Shown here piece by piece: positions 13,540 through 26,016 of a stretch of DNA of 64,000 bases. A program made the translations under genes and the position numbers. The stretch is from Octopus vulgaris (Eukaryota). The stretch is taken from the NCBI GenBank assembly GCA_951406725.2, contig OX597823.1, positions 112,034,001 to 112,098,000 on the forward strand, in the 5' to 3' direction. The stretch's first letter is position 1. Every line of letters begins with the position of its first letter. The notes below the pieces were generated by a model. The model saw only the letters and a program-made list of their open reading frames with translations, did no database searches and was not told the origin of the DNA.

Positions 13540-13870
13540 TTTTGGCTTATGAGGCCAGCATTCAAATAGTCTTGCCTTTCAAATTCTAAAAAACATGGAA
13601 ATCGAGAAATTTCTTAGTGTCATTTTTCTCTCTGCTAAGCAAAGCTTGCAATGCATGCTTCCATTCAGATATGGTCCACGCCACTTCAATACTTTCCATG
13701 TGATTTTGTACAATGTTGCTTCCTCTTTAAATCACAATGTAAAGCTGACTGACTTTGTAACATGGCACTTCGCTTCGATTCTGAAAGAGAATCTGGGATT
13801 ATTCAGCCTGGCTGTAAATGTGACCTCCATAGCCTCTGAGATTGGTAAGATGGTTGGAGGGAGGAGTCCT
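13540..13870 (-). pseudogene. Penelope-like GIY-YIG endonuclease C-terminal remnant (second PLE type)
   Basis: Minus translation MEVTFTARLNNPRFSFR..YKITWKVLKWRGPYLNGSMHCKLCLAERKMTL resembles the PLE pattern ..TFK.R..NH..SF..Y.I.W..L...PY.....C.LCL.EK. Confidence 0.7.
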
Positions 13871-14027
13871 CAAGCGAGCTACCTAGCTCAAATGTTTATG
13901 GAGGAATAGAAACACCCAATATGCTACGTCTGTGTGGTAAGAAGATTCCTTCCCAACCACATCATTTCTGGTTCAGTCCCACAGTATGGTAAGTTTGGCA
14001 AGAAGTGTCTATAACAATATATATATG

Positions 14028-14074
<47 letters not shown>

Positions 14075-14096
14075 ATATATATATATCATCATCACC

Positions 14097-14250
14097 ATCA
14101 TCATCATTTAACGTCCGCTTTCCATGCTAGCATGGGTTGGATGATTTGACTGAGAACTGATGAACCTGGTGCAGCCATCTGGTTTGCCAGTCCTCAGTCA
14201 AATCGTCCAACTCATGCTAGCATGGAAAGCAGGTGTTAAATGATGATGAT
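14097..14250. mobile_element. Two RTE-tail SINE 3' ends fused as an inverted repeat
   Basis: (CAT)n-ttaacgtccgctttccatgctagcatgggttgga.. mirrored by ..tccaactcatgctagcatggaaagcaggtgttaaa-(TGA)n. Confidence 0.85.
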
Positions 14251-15515
14251 ATATATATATATATATATATGCAGACACACACAAACACAAGACAACATAT
14301 TATGTTGACTACCTTAAGTAGGCTACTGCAGGATTTGAACTCAGAGTGTAGTGAATGGGAGTGTATATCATGACATTCTTCCTGACGCACTAACTAGGCT
14401 GCCAATTTGGCCCCTAAAGACTGTGACAATCTCACAAATAGAAAATGTGTCCATAAAAGATCAACCGCACTCCAACAAAATATGTCATACAAAATGTATT
14501 GTGTTTGTTTACCCTTAGTGCATGCCAGATGTCAAAAACCACAGTAGTACCACCCAACCCAAGCCAGGGAAAGAAAAAGAAACTGGACATAAAATGATGA
14601 CAATAAAAAAAAAATTCCTTATGCTGCAGCAAGATTACAGTCTTGTGGCTGGAACCAAAATTTATTGAAATATTAAATCATAATTATTTTGCTTATTACA
14701 TTTGTTTATTTTCCTAAATTTATTTCGGTCAATTTCATTCACATCCTTTGCTTCACTCTCTACCTCTCTCTTCATATAAACCAAAATAGACCTATTCAAA
14801 CACATACATACATTCATACACACATCCCACATGTTACCTACCCCTGGTAACCCTTCACACCCTCCCATCTGTTTGTCGCTCTGTCTCTTTCAGTCTTTCT
14901 CTCTCTATCACTCACTCCTACTCAAAGCCCCCTTTCCCTCCCACCCTATAACCACCCCCACTTCTTCCTTTCAAATCTAATTTAATTGTTTGCCATTCTG
15001 TATCATCAGTTTTCAGTTGCAACTGCTTTTGCTTTTTTTTTATTGCAGTGCTGTCACTCAAGAGAAATACATAAACAATGCAACTAAATGCATCTTTTAT
15101 TCCCCACACATCCTCCCTTATAAATATATCAAGATATTATATGTGCGCGTGTGCATTTGTGTGTATGTGTGTGTGCATACATATATTCTTGCTGACAGAT
15201 TTATTCACCCTTTCTCTACATCTGGCTCTACCCATCATTATACACATTATTCTAATTGTGGAAGGGGGTCCCCTGGTTTCATCCCCCATCTATATACTTT
15301 CTAATTGCTAATGCTTTCCTAAACATATGCTTAAATGTATTTGTTTTCTCAAATAAATTACTCTTCATATTTGAGGCTCTGATGAAGCCACATAGCGTTA
15401 CTCTGGCACTCAACTATGAGTCTTCTGCATCTTATAGCAGAAACGGTTGTAAGCTAATGATGTTCATCAGATAATTGTTTATTATTTTGTCATCTCTTTT
15501 ATCATATATATATAT

Positions 15516-15845
15516 AGGTGCAGGAGAGGCTGTGTGATAAGTAGCTTGCTTACAAACCACATGGTTCTGGGTTCAGTCCCACTGCATGGCACCTTGGCCG
15601 AATAAAGCCTTGTGAGTTGATTTGGTAGACAGAAACTGAAAGAAGCCCATCTCATATATGTATATATGTATATGCATGTGTGTGTATATGTTTGTGTGTC
15701 TGTGTTTGTCCCCCCAACATCGCTTGACAAGCGATGCTTGTGTGTTTACATCCCCATAACTTAGCAGTTTGGCAAAACAAACCGATAGAATAAGTACTAG
15801 TCTTCCAAAGAATAAATCTTGGGGTCGATTTGCTTGACTAAAGAC
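15516..15845 (+). mobile_element. CORE-like tRNA-derived SINE, 3' truncated
   Basis: Matches 18694-19107; ends at ttgactaaag where the RTE fragment begins. Confidence 0.9.
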
Positions 15846-16790
15846 TGTTTCTTTTCTCTAATAGCCCTGTCAACAACATTGTTCCACCACCATGTTATTT
15901 TGGGTCGAGAGGTGACTTTGCACCATCCGCAGATCTGGTCAGTGGCCCTCAGCAGTTTGTCCCGTAGAAACCTCCAGTTGTCTTCTACATCGTGTGAAGC
16001 TATATCCCCTTCTATTTCGTCAAAGGCTTCAAGTAATATGTCTCTAAATCTCTGTCCATTCACAGGATCTTTAAGCTTCCAGACCCTTCTCCTCCATGCT
16101 GGTCGCCGTTTGGGCATCCATTTAGCCCGGATCCTGAAGTCTCTAACTACCAGTCTATGTTGTGGGGTACATTCTTCGCGTGGGAAGGTTTTGGCATTTA
16201 TAAGCAGCCATTTTTCCCTTTTTCTGGTGAGGATGTAGTCAATTTGGCTAGTGTGTCTGCGAGAACGGTAGGTGACTAGGTGACTGGCAGGTTTCCTGAA
16301 GTTAGTATTGCAAACCATAAGATCATTTGTATCACAGAACTCCAGCAGCCTTGTTCCCTTTTCATTGCAGGAACCAAAACCGTAGCCTCCATGTATGCCA
16401 TGGAAGCCCCCTGTATGTTGTCCAACATGTCCATTGAAGTCACCAGCCACAAAGAGAAGGTCCCTGTCATTCGTCAACGAGGTAGTCTGCAAGAAGGTGT
16501 CATAAAATCGGTCTTTTTGTCCATCGTGTAGCCCCGGCTGCGGGGCATAGGCCGAGATAATGGTTGCTAACCCATGATGAAGCACTAATCTAATCATAAG
16601 TATTCTGTCGCATACTCTGACTACCTCGATTACCTTATCAACTCATTTCTCTGCCAGAAGTATACCCACGCCCCCGACCCTGTCAGTGTTCCCTGCCCAG
16701 AAAATCTTGTACCTGTGTTCTTTGTCTGTGAGGAGCCTAGCGGAGCCTCCTCTCCACCTTACTTCTTGGAGGTAGAACATATCAACACAT
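15846..16790 (-). mobile_element. RTE-clade LINE, apurinic endonuclease domain fragment (no RT)
   Basis: VDMFYLQEVRWRG..GGVGILLAEK*..IISAYAPQ..VAGDFNGHVG..SQIDYIL..QHRLVV, typical APE motifs of RTE elements; one in-frame stop near 16643. Confidence 0.93.
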
Positions 16791-16850
16791 ATATATATGT
16801 GTGTGTGTGTGTGTGTGTATATTGTATGTGTGTGTGTGTGTGTGTGTGTG

Positions 16851-16904
<54 letters not shown>

Positions 16905-16973
16905 GTGTCGATATGTTCTACCTCCAAGAAGTAAGGTGTATATACATATATATATATGTTTGGAATAACTATA

Positions 16974-17355
16974 TCTCTCTCTATATAAACGGCAGTTTGT
17001 CTGTGCGTTTTCTGTGTGTCTGTTTTCTCGTACCCTCACTCTGACCACGGCTTTCAACCGATTCTGATGAAACTTGACACACACATAGCCCAATGTCATA
17101 ATTCAAAACTAACGCAGCGAAAATTTTGAAAAGTTCCCCCAGTTCTGAAAAAAATCGATAAATTCGACATGGGGTCGAGAATTAGAAACCCAAACCACAG
17201 ACCGTCTAGGGGACGCAACTCCACCTTTTTAACTTTCAAAAAAATTTACCATCATTTTTTTTCCATTTTTTTGCTATTTTTTGGCTATAACTCTCTAAAA
17301 ATGCTTTATAGTTATTTCCCTTACAAACCTGAGCAACGCCGGGCGATACTGCTAG
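16974..17355 (+). mobile_element. Non-autonomous Helitron
   Basis: A|TC start, ..cctgagcaacgccgggcgatactgCTAG|T end with subterminal GC hairpin; no TSD. Confidence 0.85.
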
Positions 17356-17395
17356 TATATATATATATGGAAATGTATATATGTATTCATATATA

Positions 17396-17905
17396 TAGAA
17401 AATTGAATAAATAACATTCTTTATTTAAACATTACATGCGGAGGTGCATTTTACACCTTGGATGTATGATAATAATTACACAACATCTCACCAATCTACT
17501 ACAGGTGTAAAAATTGTCAAAACAATTATAGTAATTTTGAATAAAGAATCCCATTTATTCTATTTTCTGTTATTTATCTGTTTATAAGAATTATATAGAT
17601 ACTATAGAATTCATGCTGTATATCCAATAGCAGAGGTATTTCCAATGCATGATGATACCAGGTAGCCAATAACTGAGGAAGAGCTTTGCATAGCATTCGG
17701 CAAGGTGTTTACTTGAATCATATTGAACTATATACAAATATGTATATAATTGTTTTGACAATAATTTGACTATAATTGTTTTGACAATTTTTACACCTGT
17801 AGTAGATTGGTGAGATGTTGTGTAATTATTATCATACATCCAAGGTGTAAAATGCACCTCCGCAGGTAATGTTTAAATAAAGAATGTTATTTATTCAATT
17901 TTCTA
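17396..17905. mobile_element. TA-flanked fold-back element (~138 bp inverted arms, ~235 bp spacer)
   Basis: 17396-17532 is the reverse complement of 17769-17905 with about one mismatch; tataattgttttgacaat is duplicated directly at ~17745 and ~17771. Confidence 0.85.
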
Positions 17906-17908
17906 TCA

Positions 17909-17951
<43 letters not shown>

Positions 17952-17952
<1 letters not shown>

Positions 17953-18146
17953 GTGATCTCGTGTGTACTGTTGGCACTTTTTTCCTCTGTCTTCTCTTCT
18001 CTGGATCTTTCCTTCTCCTATGTTTCCAACGAAGAGCTCCGCTCTAAACATTAAACCCTCCTTCTTTCCTGAGCGTCCAATAATACTTTATTTGTTCCAC
18101 GTCCTCGCGTTGTTGTGTTTTTTTGTGTTTTCTTGTTTGGAATAAC
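17952..18146 (+). mobile_element. TA-flanked hammerhead-like element, family A
   Basis: One of six homologous copies; decayed motif at 18021-18056. Confidence 0.85.
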
Positions 18147-18693
18147 TATATATATATATATATATGGAAATGTATATATGTATTCATTTATATGTATGTA
18201 TGTCTATAAACACTTACATATAAGCATATATATTTGTGCACATTTATATTTATATATGTATACACATACATTTATGTGTGTTTGTGGTTGCCTGCAGTTT
18301 TGCTTTTGTCTCTCACCATTTGACAACTGATATTGCTTTCTCCAGGGTTTCATAACTTAGGAGTTTGCCAGATAGAAACTAATGCAATGAGTACCAATTT
18401 TAAAATATATACTGGAATTGATAAAAGCTTGAAGGCAGTGCCCAGCATGGTCACCCTGTAATGACTGGAACGGGTAAAACAGTGAAAGAAAGAAGACTGA
18501 TTAAAAATATGAAAGCAGCTGAGAGTAAAACATTGAGGGAGAGAGAGAGAGAGAGGTGGGGGCTGGAAACAACCAGACAGATTGACAAAGTGACAGAGTC
18601 CATAAGAAAAACAGGAACATGGGAACAAAGAAACGGAGAAAAAGAAACTAAACAAAGAAGTTTGAGCAAGAGAGAGATAGAAACATAGACAAA

Positions 18694-19107
18694 TAGGCGC
18701 AGGAGTGGCTGTGTGGTAAGTAGCTTGTTTACCAGCCACATGGTCCCGGGTTCAGTCCCACTGCATGGCACCTTGGGCAAGTGTCTTCTACTATAGCCTC
18801 GGGCCGACCAAAACCTTGTGAGTGGATTTGGTAGATGGAAACTGAAAGAAGCCCGTCGTATATATGTATATATATGCGTGTGTGTGTTTGTGTGTCTGTG
18901 TTTGTCCCCCTAGCATTGCATGACAACCGATGCTAGTGTGTTTATGTCCCCGTTACCTAGCGGTTCGGCAAAAAAGACCGATAGAATTAGTACGGGGCTT
19001 ACAAAAGAATAAGTCCCGGGGTCAAGTTGCTCGACTAAAGGCGGTGCTCCAGCATGGCTGCAGTCAAATGACTGAAACAAGTAAAAGAGTAAAAGAGTAA
19101 AGAGTAA
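18694..19107 (+). mobile_element. CORE-like tRNA-derived SINE, full length
   Basis: ggcgcaggagtggctgtgtggtaag (A-box), gggttcagtccc (B-box), CORE-like ggcaccttgggcaagtgtctt, internal (TA)(TG) tract, (GTAAAAGA)n tail. Confidence 0.92.
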
Positions 19108-19174
<67 letters not shown>

Positions 19175-19175
19175 C

Positions 19176-19208
<33 letters not shown>

Positions 19209-20601
19209 CCGACAGACAGACAGACAGAGACAGAGAGAAAGATTGATAAACAGGGATGATGGCAGAGATGTAAAGAGAGAAATCAAGAGAAGAATAGACA
19301 CAAAGTGTAAGACATGAGATATGAGAAATTCCAACACTAATTTAGAAGATCAAAAGACCTAAGTCTATTCTCTTGTATTAAACACTCTCCTCTCCTTTTT
19401 CTTTCTGTGGTATACACAAATGTATATATATATATACATATGTATATATGTATATATATATATGTGTGTGTGGGGGTGTATATGTATATATGTATAAATA
19501 TATATATGTATGTATATATATATTTATGTAGAGAACGGGAGAGAAAGAGAGAGAGAAAGTGAGAGAGAGTGAGGTAGATAGATTCAAATATATAGATAAA
19601 TACATGTATATATAATATACATGTATTTACATGTATATTTGTGTGTGTGTGTGTGTATGTGTGTAGATACACACACACATACACACAAATATACATGTAA
19701 ATATATGTATATTATGTATAGAGGCATGTGTGTGTGTATATATATATATATATATACACACACACATATATATTGATATATATGTATATATGTTTGTATG
19801 TATGCACACACATACACATAGGTGCATGTATATATGCATATATATGTATGTGAATTTTTGTGTATATATATATATATATAATATGGTCATGTATCATATT
19901 CATATAAGTGTGTAGATATGTATATATACGCACACACACACAAACACTCTCAGAAGCACACACTCAGATACACACAACACACCCACCCACACACACATAC
20001 ATACACACATGCAGAAGAGTATACAGCTACAAGACATGAGAAGACAAGACAATTTTTAAGCGTTAGCTGAAAGCTATAGTTCCATCAAATTGTACCTCTC
20101 GGGTTGCTGTCTGAGTATTTTAAGAAGTAAAGGGGGTTACAATGACATTCCTTTATCACATTACATACAACCAAAGATGGATAACACCTCTCCCCACCCC
20201 TGTTCTCACCTTCTCTCCTTCCTCTCTTTCTTCATTCTCTCAAATTTCTTACGTTGGTGCCTTTCTTTATTTTACCATTTTTACCTTGACGTTATTGTGT
20301 TTTTGTTACCTATTTTATTTGTTTCATATTATTTTATTTTATTTATTCTTTTATTCTTTTCTTTTGTCTTTTTTGTTTTGTTTTGCTGGGTGTTTTTTGG
20401 GGTTTTTTTCTTTTTTGTTTTCTTCGTTAATGTTTTCATAATGTTTTCTATCTTCTATGAAGCTAAACATCCATCTTCTACTCTTTCCCCTCCGACACAA
20501 AATTGAAACAAAAACTGCAAGAAAATTTGTGATGAAGAACAAAAAAAATACAATCACAGCAAAACAAAAAAAAAAAATTGCTAATAATAAAATAATAATA
20601 A

Positions 20602-20639
<38 letters not shown>

Positions 20640-20814
20640 CAATTGCTATTGTCGCCTTATCCATCACAAGGATTAACAGAGTAAAGGACACTGCATATGG
20701 CAAAAATAGAATGAAAGACACATACACATGCACACACACTCATACACACACACATACACACAAACAAACATACATGAACACGAACACACATGCATACATA
20801 TGTTCCTATATACA

Positions 20815-20859
<45 letters not shown>

Positions 20860-20916
20860 TAGATGCATCCAATAAAGAAATACATTCTCACTCAGACACA
20901 TATATATATATATATA

Positions 20917-20959
<43 letters not shown>

Positions 20960-21074
20960 ATATATATATGCATGCACATATATACTTATATATGAATATA
21001 TATATTTGTATGCAATTTACTGTGACATTTTAGGTAAAATCAACAAAAAAATTACCTCAACCAGCAAGAGATAC

Positions 21075-21393
21075 ATATCATTTAATGCACACCGTATAAG
21101 GATGTGATCTACTAACAGTTTCTTTTTTTGGAGACACAGGTTTAGGCAGGTTTTTATGACGTGCCTTGTATCTTCAAGTAATCTTCAAGCTCTGAGCATG
21201 TGGTCTATTCAGTTTGCAAATCAGGATGCTAGTAAATGTATTCTGAATAGCAAATTGAATACACCATGTGCTCAGAGCCCGAAGATTGCTTCAAGACACA
21301 AGACATGTTATAAAATCCTACTTCGACATTTGTCTCTGGAGCAAAAAATCCTGTAGTATCTCATATCTCTGTACTGTGTACATTAAATGATAT
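21075..21393. repeat. Long imperfect palindrome of complex sequence (old fold-back/MITE?)
   Basis: atatcatttaatgcacac / gtgtacattaaatgatat at the ends; gctctgagcatgtggtctattcagtttgc / gcaaattgaatacaccatgtgctcagagc near the centre. Confidence 0.8.
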
Positions 21394-21564
21394 ATTTGTA
21401 CATAAAGATATATGTATATATCAATTTATCATCATCATCATCACCACTTAACATCTGTTGTCCATGCTGGCTTGGGTTGGACAGTTTGACCAGGGTCAGT
21501 AAGCTGAAGGGCTGCACCAGATTCTGGTTTGATTTGGCATGGTTTCTACAGCTGGATGCCCTTC

Positions 21565-21932
21565 ATAAATATAGCATGTCCAGCTGACAACAAGGTATGC
21601 AATAAGGAAGAAAGAAAAGTCGATAGATATGACATGTTAGCTTGGGATGTTAAGCAATTGTGGTCACTGAAAAAGTGGTAGTAATACCAGTAATTGTCGG
21701 AGCACTGGGAACAGTGAGTAAAAATCTTGAGAAGTACATCGAATAAATAGGGGCTGCAATAAGGGTTGCACTTGCAGAAAACAACACTGCTTGGAACCAC
21801 TTGAATACACTGGATGGTGCTTGAAAAATAAGGGGTGTTACCCTTAGTTCACTGGTATTGAACAGCTGGCACTATAGTACATCTCCAACCATAGAAGCTG
21901 GGCAAAGAAAATAAATAATAATAATAATAATA
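21565..21932 (+). mobile_element. R4/Dong-type LINE 3' end (restriction-like endonuclease C-terminus, (TAA)n tail)
   Basis: IACPADNKVCNKEERKVDRYDMLAWDVKQLWSLK..VVIPVIVGALGTVSKNLEKYI..LQKTTLLGT then (TAA)n. Confidence 0.85.
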
Positions 21933-22959
21933 AACAAAATTAAAAAAATAAAATTCGCAAAAGGAATTGTTTGATCCATGGATAACCATGGGACCCCACA
22001 TATGCTGGTCACCACAACTGCCAAGGTAATCCAGGCAGGCCCTTCTCTCCTTCTCGTCTCATCCAGCCTACAGGCAGGGACATGGCACCTAAGTAGGCAA
22101 GGTAGGCAATGCCTAACTAGGCATAAAATAGAGCGATCTAGTTTGAATAAAATAGATCGATAGCAATGTTTTCCTTTTATGGCAAAATATGTTCCTAATT
22201 CAATGAAATTAAACATACATCAGCAGTTGTTCGACAAAGCTTCACAAGTCAGCAAAGCTCGGACATTGGATGAGTGCATGTAGGGTTGTTTCATCGCCCT
22301 GTGTACATCTTGGACAGGTCTATCTGACAGAATGTCTGTTCCCTGTAGAGCTTGTCTCAGACTGGCAGAGATCACCAGTAGTAATGCCAGGCCATGGACT
22401 TCTGGAAGTTATGAAGAGGCCCTGGCCCAAATCTCCTCCAAAAAATACTAGCTAATTGATTCCTCGCAACACCCAGAGTTTCCCTGCACTCTTGCTCACC
22501 ACTAATATCCTATAAACTCCAGTATAGAATGTTCATCGACCACATTGCCTGATTGGCAAAGGGCTGTGAGCCCTTACCAACACTCCAGGTACCAAACACT
22601 CTTTCTCAGTTTATGCTCTATTCTGGACTATAACTCCATCAATGAGATGAGCAGCAGAATATCCTGTCTGACAAAAGATGACCACACCTGCTCACTATCA
22701 AGAAAATGCTGGAGATATCACAGCTTTAGTACATGTCTGTGCATCATTAGCCATGGCATGTCCAGTCCTCTGCTCAGCAGCTGTTTACAACAACTGGACC
22801 ATCTGACAAGTGGAACATGCCCCTTCTACAGAAAGCAGAAGAGCAAGTACTTCAGCTTCACCAGCTACAAAGGAGGGTGGTTGACAGTCAGGTGGTTGTA
22901 GACAGCGGAAGTGATTTACACATTTTCCACCTTTGTCAGACCCTTCGGGAACAGCTCCT

Positions 22960-23860
22960 CTCTGCCCATTTCTGGGTTAACAATTTATCCAACCACTTCA
23001 ATAAACAAATACCACCTATGTTATTAGCAAACTGGAAATATTCAGTATATTGCAACATACAGAGAAAATGTTTGCTCAAAAAGAAAATGTGTGGTGACAT
23101 GATAGATTTTATCTTAATTTACATTGACTACTTCATAAACATTTAGGATACAATGCTTCAGTAACTAGTATGATCGTGACACCAAAAAAGGCGCTAAATG
23201 AAGCTTGTCAACCAAAAATTCTGTAAAATTTCTACAACCAGACAATTGAGTACCACAGAGCAGAAACCACTATATAAAACTCCTCCTCCTCATCATCATC
23301 ATCATCGTTTAACGTCCGTTTTCCATGCTAGCATGGGTTGGACGGTTTGAGTGGGATCTGGGAAGCCAGGAGGCTGCACCAGGCTCCAGTCTGATCTGGC
23401 AGTGTTTCTACAGCTGGATGCCCTTCCTAACGCCAACCACTCCGTGAATGTAGTGGTTGCTTTTTACGTGCCGCCGGCACAGGTGCCAGGGGAGGTTGGC
23501 AATGGACACGATCAGTTGGTGCTTTTTACGTGCCACTGGCACAGAAGCCAGTCAAAGCGGCGCTGCTATAGAGGTTGGCAACGGCCACGATCGTAGATGT
23601 TAAAATTCTTTCAGAGAAAATCATTGCAAGGTAGAAGAAAACATCTACACATGCTGATTTTTAAAGAGAGATATTAAGAATATGGAGATGCCTAGCAGCA
23701 AAAGCAAAAGTAGTACAGTTATTATCAAAGTATTAGATGTAATTCATCAAAATTTACCATACCGTTTGGAGTGAGTGGATATCAAGATTGATATGCAAGT
23801 AAATCTCTCCTTTCTCCTTGTAACAGTACACATTCTTAGAAAGTACCTTCAGTCTAAAGA
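22960..23860 (+). mobile_element. Older R4/Dong-type LINE remnant interrupted by an RTE-tail SINE (23290-23592)
   Basis: Degenerate, frameshifted translation ..AQKE..HDRFYLNLH*LLHKHLGY..KIL*NF..REILRIW..TVHILRKYL. Confidence 0.6.
23290..23592 (-). mobile_element. RTE-tail SINE / short retroposon
   Basis: (CAT)n-cgtttaacgtccgttttccatgctagcatggg..ggatgcccttcctaacgccaaccac; homologous to 32631-33110, 34976-35305, 51295-51590, 59455-59800. Confidence 0.9.
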
Positions 23861-25194
23861 CTTTCATTAAGACAGACTATCAATATGTAGAAGAAGAAAA
23901 AACAATAAAACTTGTATGTTATATCCATACTATACAATGGAATATAAGAACCACCACCACCAGAACTACAACAACAACAATATTGATAATGACAAAAGTG
24001 ACAATCTTTTCTTTATTAGCCAGAAGAGCTCAGATACAAACAATGCAAAAATCTTTCACTGGGGGTTATAAAGAAAGTAAAGATAAAGTGGAGCAAGAAC
24101 AAAACACACATTAACAAATTACAAAGAAAAACATTATACAAATATAGAAAAAATTATTCTGACTTTAAAAGGCATACAGAGACGTTCATGCAAATACATA
24201 TTCTTACACACACATACACACAAACACACACATGCATACACACTCTCATATTTACTCAGAAATGTTGGAAAAGTCTAATAAAAATACAATGATTTGAAAC
24301 AAAAGAAATTAAGATTACTGCTTAGGTTGAGTCAAGTCACACTACAATTCTGTTCAATTAATTTCGCAAACTATTTTTGAGTGCAGCCAGATACACCAGT
24401 AAGCATCTTTCAAGTCATTTAATGTCATAAAATATCAACATCTTGAGAGTAATTTCGTTATTTTCGGTGCAATGTCTTACTTTTATTTTTACGAACGATC
24501 TGTCTTTTATGTTATTAGTATGCTGAACTTAACTGTTTTTGTGTCATGCTAACTTCTTCGAATAATCTGTGGCACAAGAGGTGACTAATGTTGTCTTTAA
24601 GCTGTTTGTTGGATTATCGAAGGGGAGAGAATTTTATTTGCTCTTCGTTCTCTTCATTTTCTTAATTATTTTCCTGAAAGTGGATTTGATTGTCATCTGG
24701 AAAAAATTGTTTCTCCTCACCTATTTTCATTGAGTCAATTTTTGGCGATTTATTCTTTTGTATTTTCTTTTGTATTTTCACTGACAGTTTGGGAATGTTT
24801 ATCAGTAAGTGTCCTTGCTTCCTCATCGCTCGATGATGGTATAGAAATAGAAGTAGCTGCTGTTACAAAAATAAGTGTTTGCTCACCTAGTTTGGATATT
24901 GATGTTTCAATTGCCTTCCTCGGAGATTTTGCTGTTGGTGAGCTGAAAAAAAGTTATTTGCTGCTCTTTTTAATGTTGCTATTTTCCTCATTTTTGTTTT
25001 CCTTTTATTTATTCATCTATTTATTTTACTTGCTCAAATTTACCTGGTCTTCTGGATATTCAGCTCTGGGGTAAGTTTTACTCTGACAGGTATATCAACT
25101 AGGCTTCCTACCATTTATTAATCTTATGCTCCTTGTTTCTACCCCTTCTACATGGCACTGCTTTCGTGTGGATCTTGCAAATCACTTTCAACCC

Positions 25195-25850
25195 TTTATT
25201 ATACCGTCGTGCTGTGTGAGCCGTGACTCCATCGCATTGAAACCATAGATTTTCGGTATCCAACCTACCCAGTTTAGGGCGCAAAAAGTTCTCCAACATT
25301 TCAATGTACCGGCCAGAGGTGGCCGTTACTCTTTCATCACCTTTTTCAAAAAAGTACGAGCTGATGACACCAAAATCGGCAGCTACACACCAAACAGTTA
25401 CACAAATAGAATGAAGCAGTTTTTTGGGGAGTTCGTAAGGAATATGTTCAGCCTAGTAGCGAAATTCTGCTTGTTTGCGTTTCCATTGATATGGAAGTGA
25501 GCCTTGTCGGTACTTAGAAGAACAGCTGCAGTGGGAGCTTCAGCAAGAATATCCGTACATAGGGCTCTACGATTGTTATGATCTGTCTCAGTTAATTCTG
25601 GAATTAACATCATTTTGTAAGGATTCAGTTTCAAATCCCAATGCAGAATCCTCCTCAAACTTTGGCCAAATATTACTAATGCTATAATATGCTTACGAGC
25701 CGAACGCTTCGGCGGTTGCTGAAAAGATGTTACTGATGCCACATTTTATGGAATTCTAACGATCTGTCAGGAGATTTTCTTTTCAATGTAGATCCAGTTG
25801 CAAAATCGTTTTCCGGTCTGGTACAGATGCATTTTGGCCTAGCTAAATGA
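25195..25850 (-). pseudogene. Tc1/mariner-superfamily transposase remnant (maT/DD37D-like)
   Basis: PKRSARKH..SLRRILHWDLKLNPYKM..STDKAHFHINGNANKQN..VWC..YFFE..RYIEMLENFL..WFQCDGVTAHTAR; frameshifted. Confidence 0.88.
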
Positions 25851-25957
25851 TATGATATATATGGCCTAACTAAATGATATGATATATATGTAAAAAATGT
25901 AATATATAAATAAATATCTGTAAATATAAACCATCCGATCTTCTGATTACCTCATTT

Positions 25958-26012
<55 letters not shown>

Positions 26013-26016
<4 letters not shown>

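Noticed and set aside
15797-16597. Host gene (such ORFs are often mislabelled craniofacial development protein 2-like)
   Set aside because: It is an RTE LINE endonuclease fragment; the ORF's C-terminal residues run into an adjacent SINE.
17055-17080. ctgatga as a hammerhead core
   Set aside because: No stem II or paired GAAA; it is part of the Helitron-internal ccgattctgatgaaacttg motif.
17665-17710. RRM-like peptide ITEEELCIAFGK
   Set aside because: Twelve residues bounded by stops inside a fold-back spacer; likely chance.
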